Under the pieces are notes generated by a model. It searched no databases. It saw only the letters and a list, made by a program, of their open reading frames with translations, and was not told the DNA's origin. Source: Amoebophrya sp. A120 (Eukaryota > Protista > Dinoflagellata). Taken from it: a stretch of 64,000 nt of DNA. The position numbers and the translations under genes are program-made. Numbering within the stretch: the first letter of the stretch is position 1; each line of letters begins with the position of its first letter. Where the stretch lies: positions 3,862,265 to 3,926,264 of the forward strand of contig CAJINV010000007.1 in the NCBI GenBank assembly GCA_905178155.1, written 5' to 3'. This document shows positions 61,134 to 64,000 of this stretch, piece by piece.

Positions 61134-64000
61134 TGGAGCGTTGTAGTGGTAGTAGGATTTCCGATACTTTTTGTTCGCGGTTGAGCTGGGCAACAAGTAC
61201 GTAGCGTGCAAAGACAATGAACGGGGGATGACGTTCTTACAGAGAACGAGCTTTCTTTTCTCTCTCTACAACTGTATCTCTGTCGGATAAGAATGAAAAT
61301 CCTGTGTAGTACAAGCTTCTTGGCATGCTGCTCTTTTGTACGATGGAGGTGCGATTGAAGCTGTATTTCTATCTTTTTCAACATCGGAGTGGCGCTTTGC
61401 TATTGCTTGTACTTTTCCAGGAGCTCTAAGCAATAGATAGTTGCGTTCTTTGTTCTTTGAGGATTGTCTCGACTCTTGTATTCAATGAATACTATACGTC
61501 TTCACCTTCAGATGAGTATGCGGATTATAAATATGTGCCCCGATTTCATCCGCCAGCACGAGCCCACTTTTTCCCGCATTTTTTTATACCATAAAGATAC
61601 AAACGAACTATCAGATGAGGCAAGTCGAAAGATGAAACGCTTTCCATGTACATTAACTTGGTGAATGCGCCGAACGAGCAGTATTGTAAAAAAATTCAAA
61701 GTACTTATTGTTTGTGCGTGTAATGATGTTTCTCGACTCTGCTGTGGCTTTTATTTAGCGTGATGTCGTCCATTTGGACACCAAACAAGTTCTTAATCGT
61801 GGGGAGAAGAGCATGAAATGAAAAGGGGATTTGGAAAAATCGCGGTCTAATCTTGCTTGAAATGTAACCCGTAGTAACGACCACGCAAAAGTGGTCCATT
61901 ATCCTCTCGAGATGAACAGTTCGCCAGCCATTGTTAAGGGGACGGAGCCTACCCCTGCCACTAGTGACGCACTGCATGAGCATGTGTTGTCGTTGTGTTC
62001 CGAACAAAATTAATAAGTAAAAACGCGAATTTATTTTTCTGGTCAAGCATCATCACCATCAACAGCATCGTTATTACCAGCCAGGAATATGGCTCGGGCT
62101 TCTCAAACGATAACAGTTTTTTACAAGATCGGCTGTAAAAATTCACGTATTTTTAAAGATGTTGTTGATGTTGGGTGCAACAGAAAAACGACCACCATCT
62201 TCTTCAAGGAAAGAATAAAGACCGAGGACAAGGCGACCACATAGGTTGTAACTCAATGATGATCTTCTATTAGCTGAGTCAATCTAATAAATGGAAGCTA
62301 TCCCGCCCTTGTAGGGAAGGGAGCCCATGTGCTCGGAGCACAAAAGTACTTGGTCTGTCTTTAGGACCCAGCAGATGCCAGGACCGACTGGCAACGCGCT
62401 CAGAGTGAGACAATGCATCCGCCTCAGCTACGCGAGGCCTGTGGAGCGTCTGGCCTAGTTTGGTCCGTGGAACGCTCGTCGCAGCCGGTCTAGCTCGCAG
62501 CTAGACCATTGCGCGCCACCTTCAGCGTCTAAAAACATTGCCCACGCCACTGCAGCCTCCCCCGTGGCATGTCCGTCGCATCCGATCGCCTGCGTGTGCA
62601 GCCCCGGAGCATACGGCAACGGGACGCCAATACAGGGCCACGCAGCGAGCGCGCAAAGATGTGCGAGGCACGAAGGTCCGCGACTGCCATGCGCCTCCCT
62701 GCCACCTAGCACCAGAAAGCCATGGGCCCGCGTCCGGAGGATTGGGCTGCGCCCCGGATGTTTCTCACTTAGGCGCGTGGACGCATGCAAGGCCCTCGCA
62801 GGGCTGGCGCCTGCGCCTTTCCCGTGCGTCCGCGTCTGCCCTCCGGTTGCTGCCGTAGAGGTTGCCCTGACATCGGGGGCCTGCTCGTAGTAGATCCCCC
62901 CCCTCCTCCTCTCTCTGTCTGTGAAGAGCTGGAGTAGTAGCATCCGCTAGAATGCAGGACGCAGGATGCACGATGAACGCGGCACAAGGCTCGTAGCCCG
63001 CCGCCGACATTGCAAGACCGTGGCAAAATCAATCAGCACGACGCTCGTAGCGAAGACGCATTGATGCGGCCATCAGGAGCATGGATATAGAGCCCGCCGG
63101 TGCGCTCTAAGTCGCCCCCCCCAGCAAAGGGAGGCCCAGGCACCTCCAGGATCCTTGTTCACCTCTTGCAACGTTCGCCCACATCACGAACGCAGAGGGT
63201 TCCTTCACACCCTTGCTCGCCCGTACTACGCTGGGTGGATCACTTTCCGGGAGACAGGATCAAATTTAGAGCACCACAAACCTCTCGCAGAGCCGCGTGG
63301 AGCGTGTGTGTATGTATAAATGGAAGCTATTCACTTTGTCAATGTGACGTCGAGATCGAGAACCTCCGTAACTGAAGTGAAGGTGGCAAAAAGAAAGCAG
63401 CGCTTCCTTGATTCTATTGCCTGCTCATAGAAAAAGCTCCCGCGGCAGAACCATAGATAGATATGATATATCAATTTCGAGCGATGCCTTTCATCCAAAA
63501 CCAAAACTGTAACAGTTCCATCTCCTCTCACCACCTCTTCCCAGGCCTCTGATATCTCAAACTTGGACTTGCTACGTAAGAAAGATAAAGCAAAAGTAAA
63601 ATAATAAAAGTAATGTTTGAAACCTATTTCCAGAACACCAAGCCATTCACTTACTCAAAGAAAGTTGTGCTTTGACTATTGTAATTGTTTATCAGTATTA
63701 CTTACATTCATCACTCAAATCGAACACACCTATCGGCGAAGGTGGTCGGCCGAGTCAAGATACTATATTCGAAATTGCTTAATCATGGAATAGTCTTTTC
63801 TCGACCTGAGATTTATGGTGTTTTTACCCTACTAGCCATTGATTCTGTTACTTTTTCCGCTCACAGTGCATACAGTGCGGGCGAAGACGCATAGTCGGTC
63901 AAACAAGAAATAGCACTTTATTTATTATTCTGGGTAGTTGAGTTGTTTTTTGCTCTTTCAGTGGCAGCTTTCAAGAATGGCAAGAGCACAAATAGCAACA

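Noticed and set aside
272-63534. Minus-strand ORFs in the track
   Set aside because: They are shadows of GC-rich + strand exons or introner sequence, with no recognisable motifs.
1-64000. tRNA, rRNA or dinoflagellate spliced-leader relics
   Set aside because: None recognised by eye; tRNAscan-SE or Infernal would be needed to exclude them.

Overview
Eukaryotic, gene-dense window with about 11 protein genes, all on the + strand: OSCA/TMEM63-like, a very large unknown protein, PTEN-like, eIF4E-like, NTPCR, two unknowns, a GT-like protein, Mei2-like RRM, FAM50/XAP5 and MidA/NDUFAF7-like. Co-orientation plus abundant non-canonical introns with terminal inverted repeats (TIRs) and direct repeats fits the parasitic dinoflagellate Amoebophrya (inference). 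More than 30 coding interruptions are MITE-like introners from several unrelated TIR families. Nearly all start TA(T), end (A)TA, sit between 5-bp target-site duplications (TSDs), share an internal GCAT[G/T/C]ACAAA motif and occur in both orientations. Decayed TSDs point to one fixed splice register (intron = last TSD base + element + 4 nt), and one GT-AG intron is a fossil of that geometry. The most unusual object is a 1.78-kb non-coding element with Ngaro/PAT-type split direct repeats (A1...B1A2..B2). It carries seven covarying RNA hairpins and is integrated inside an introner TIR that resembles its own recombination junction. All exon boundaries are inferred by eye from reading-frame continuity, without transcript data.
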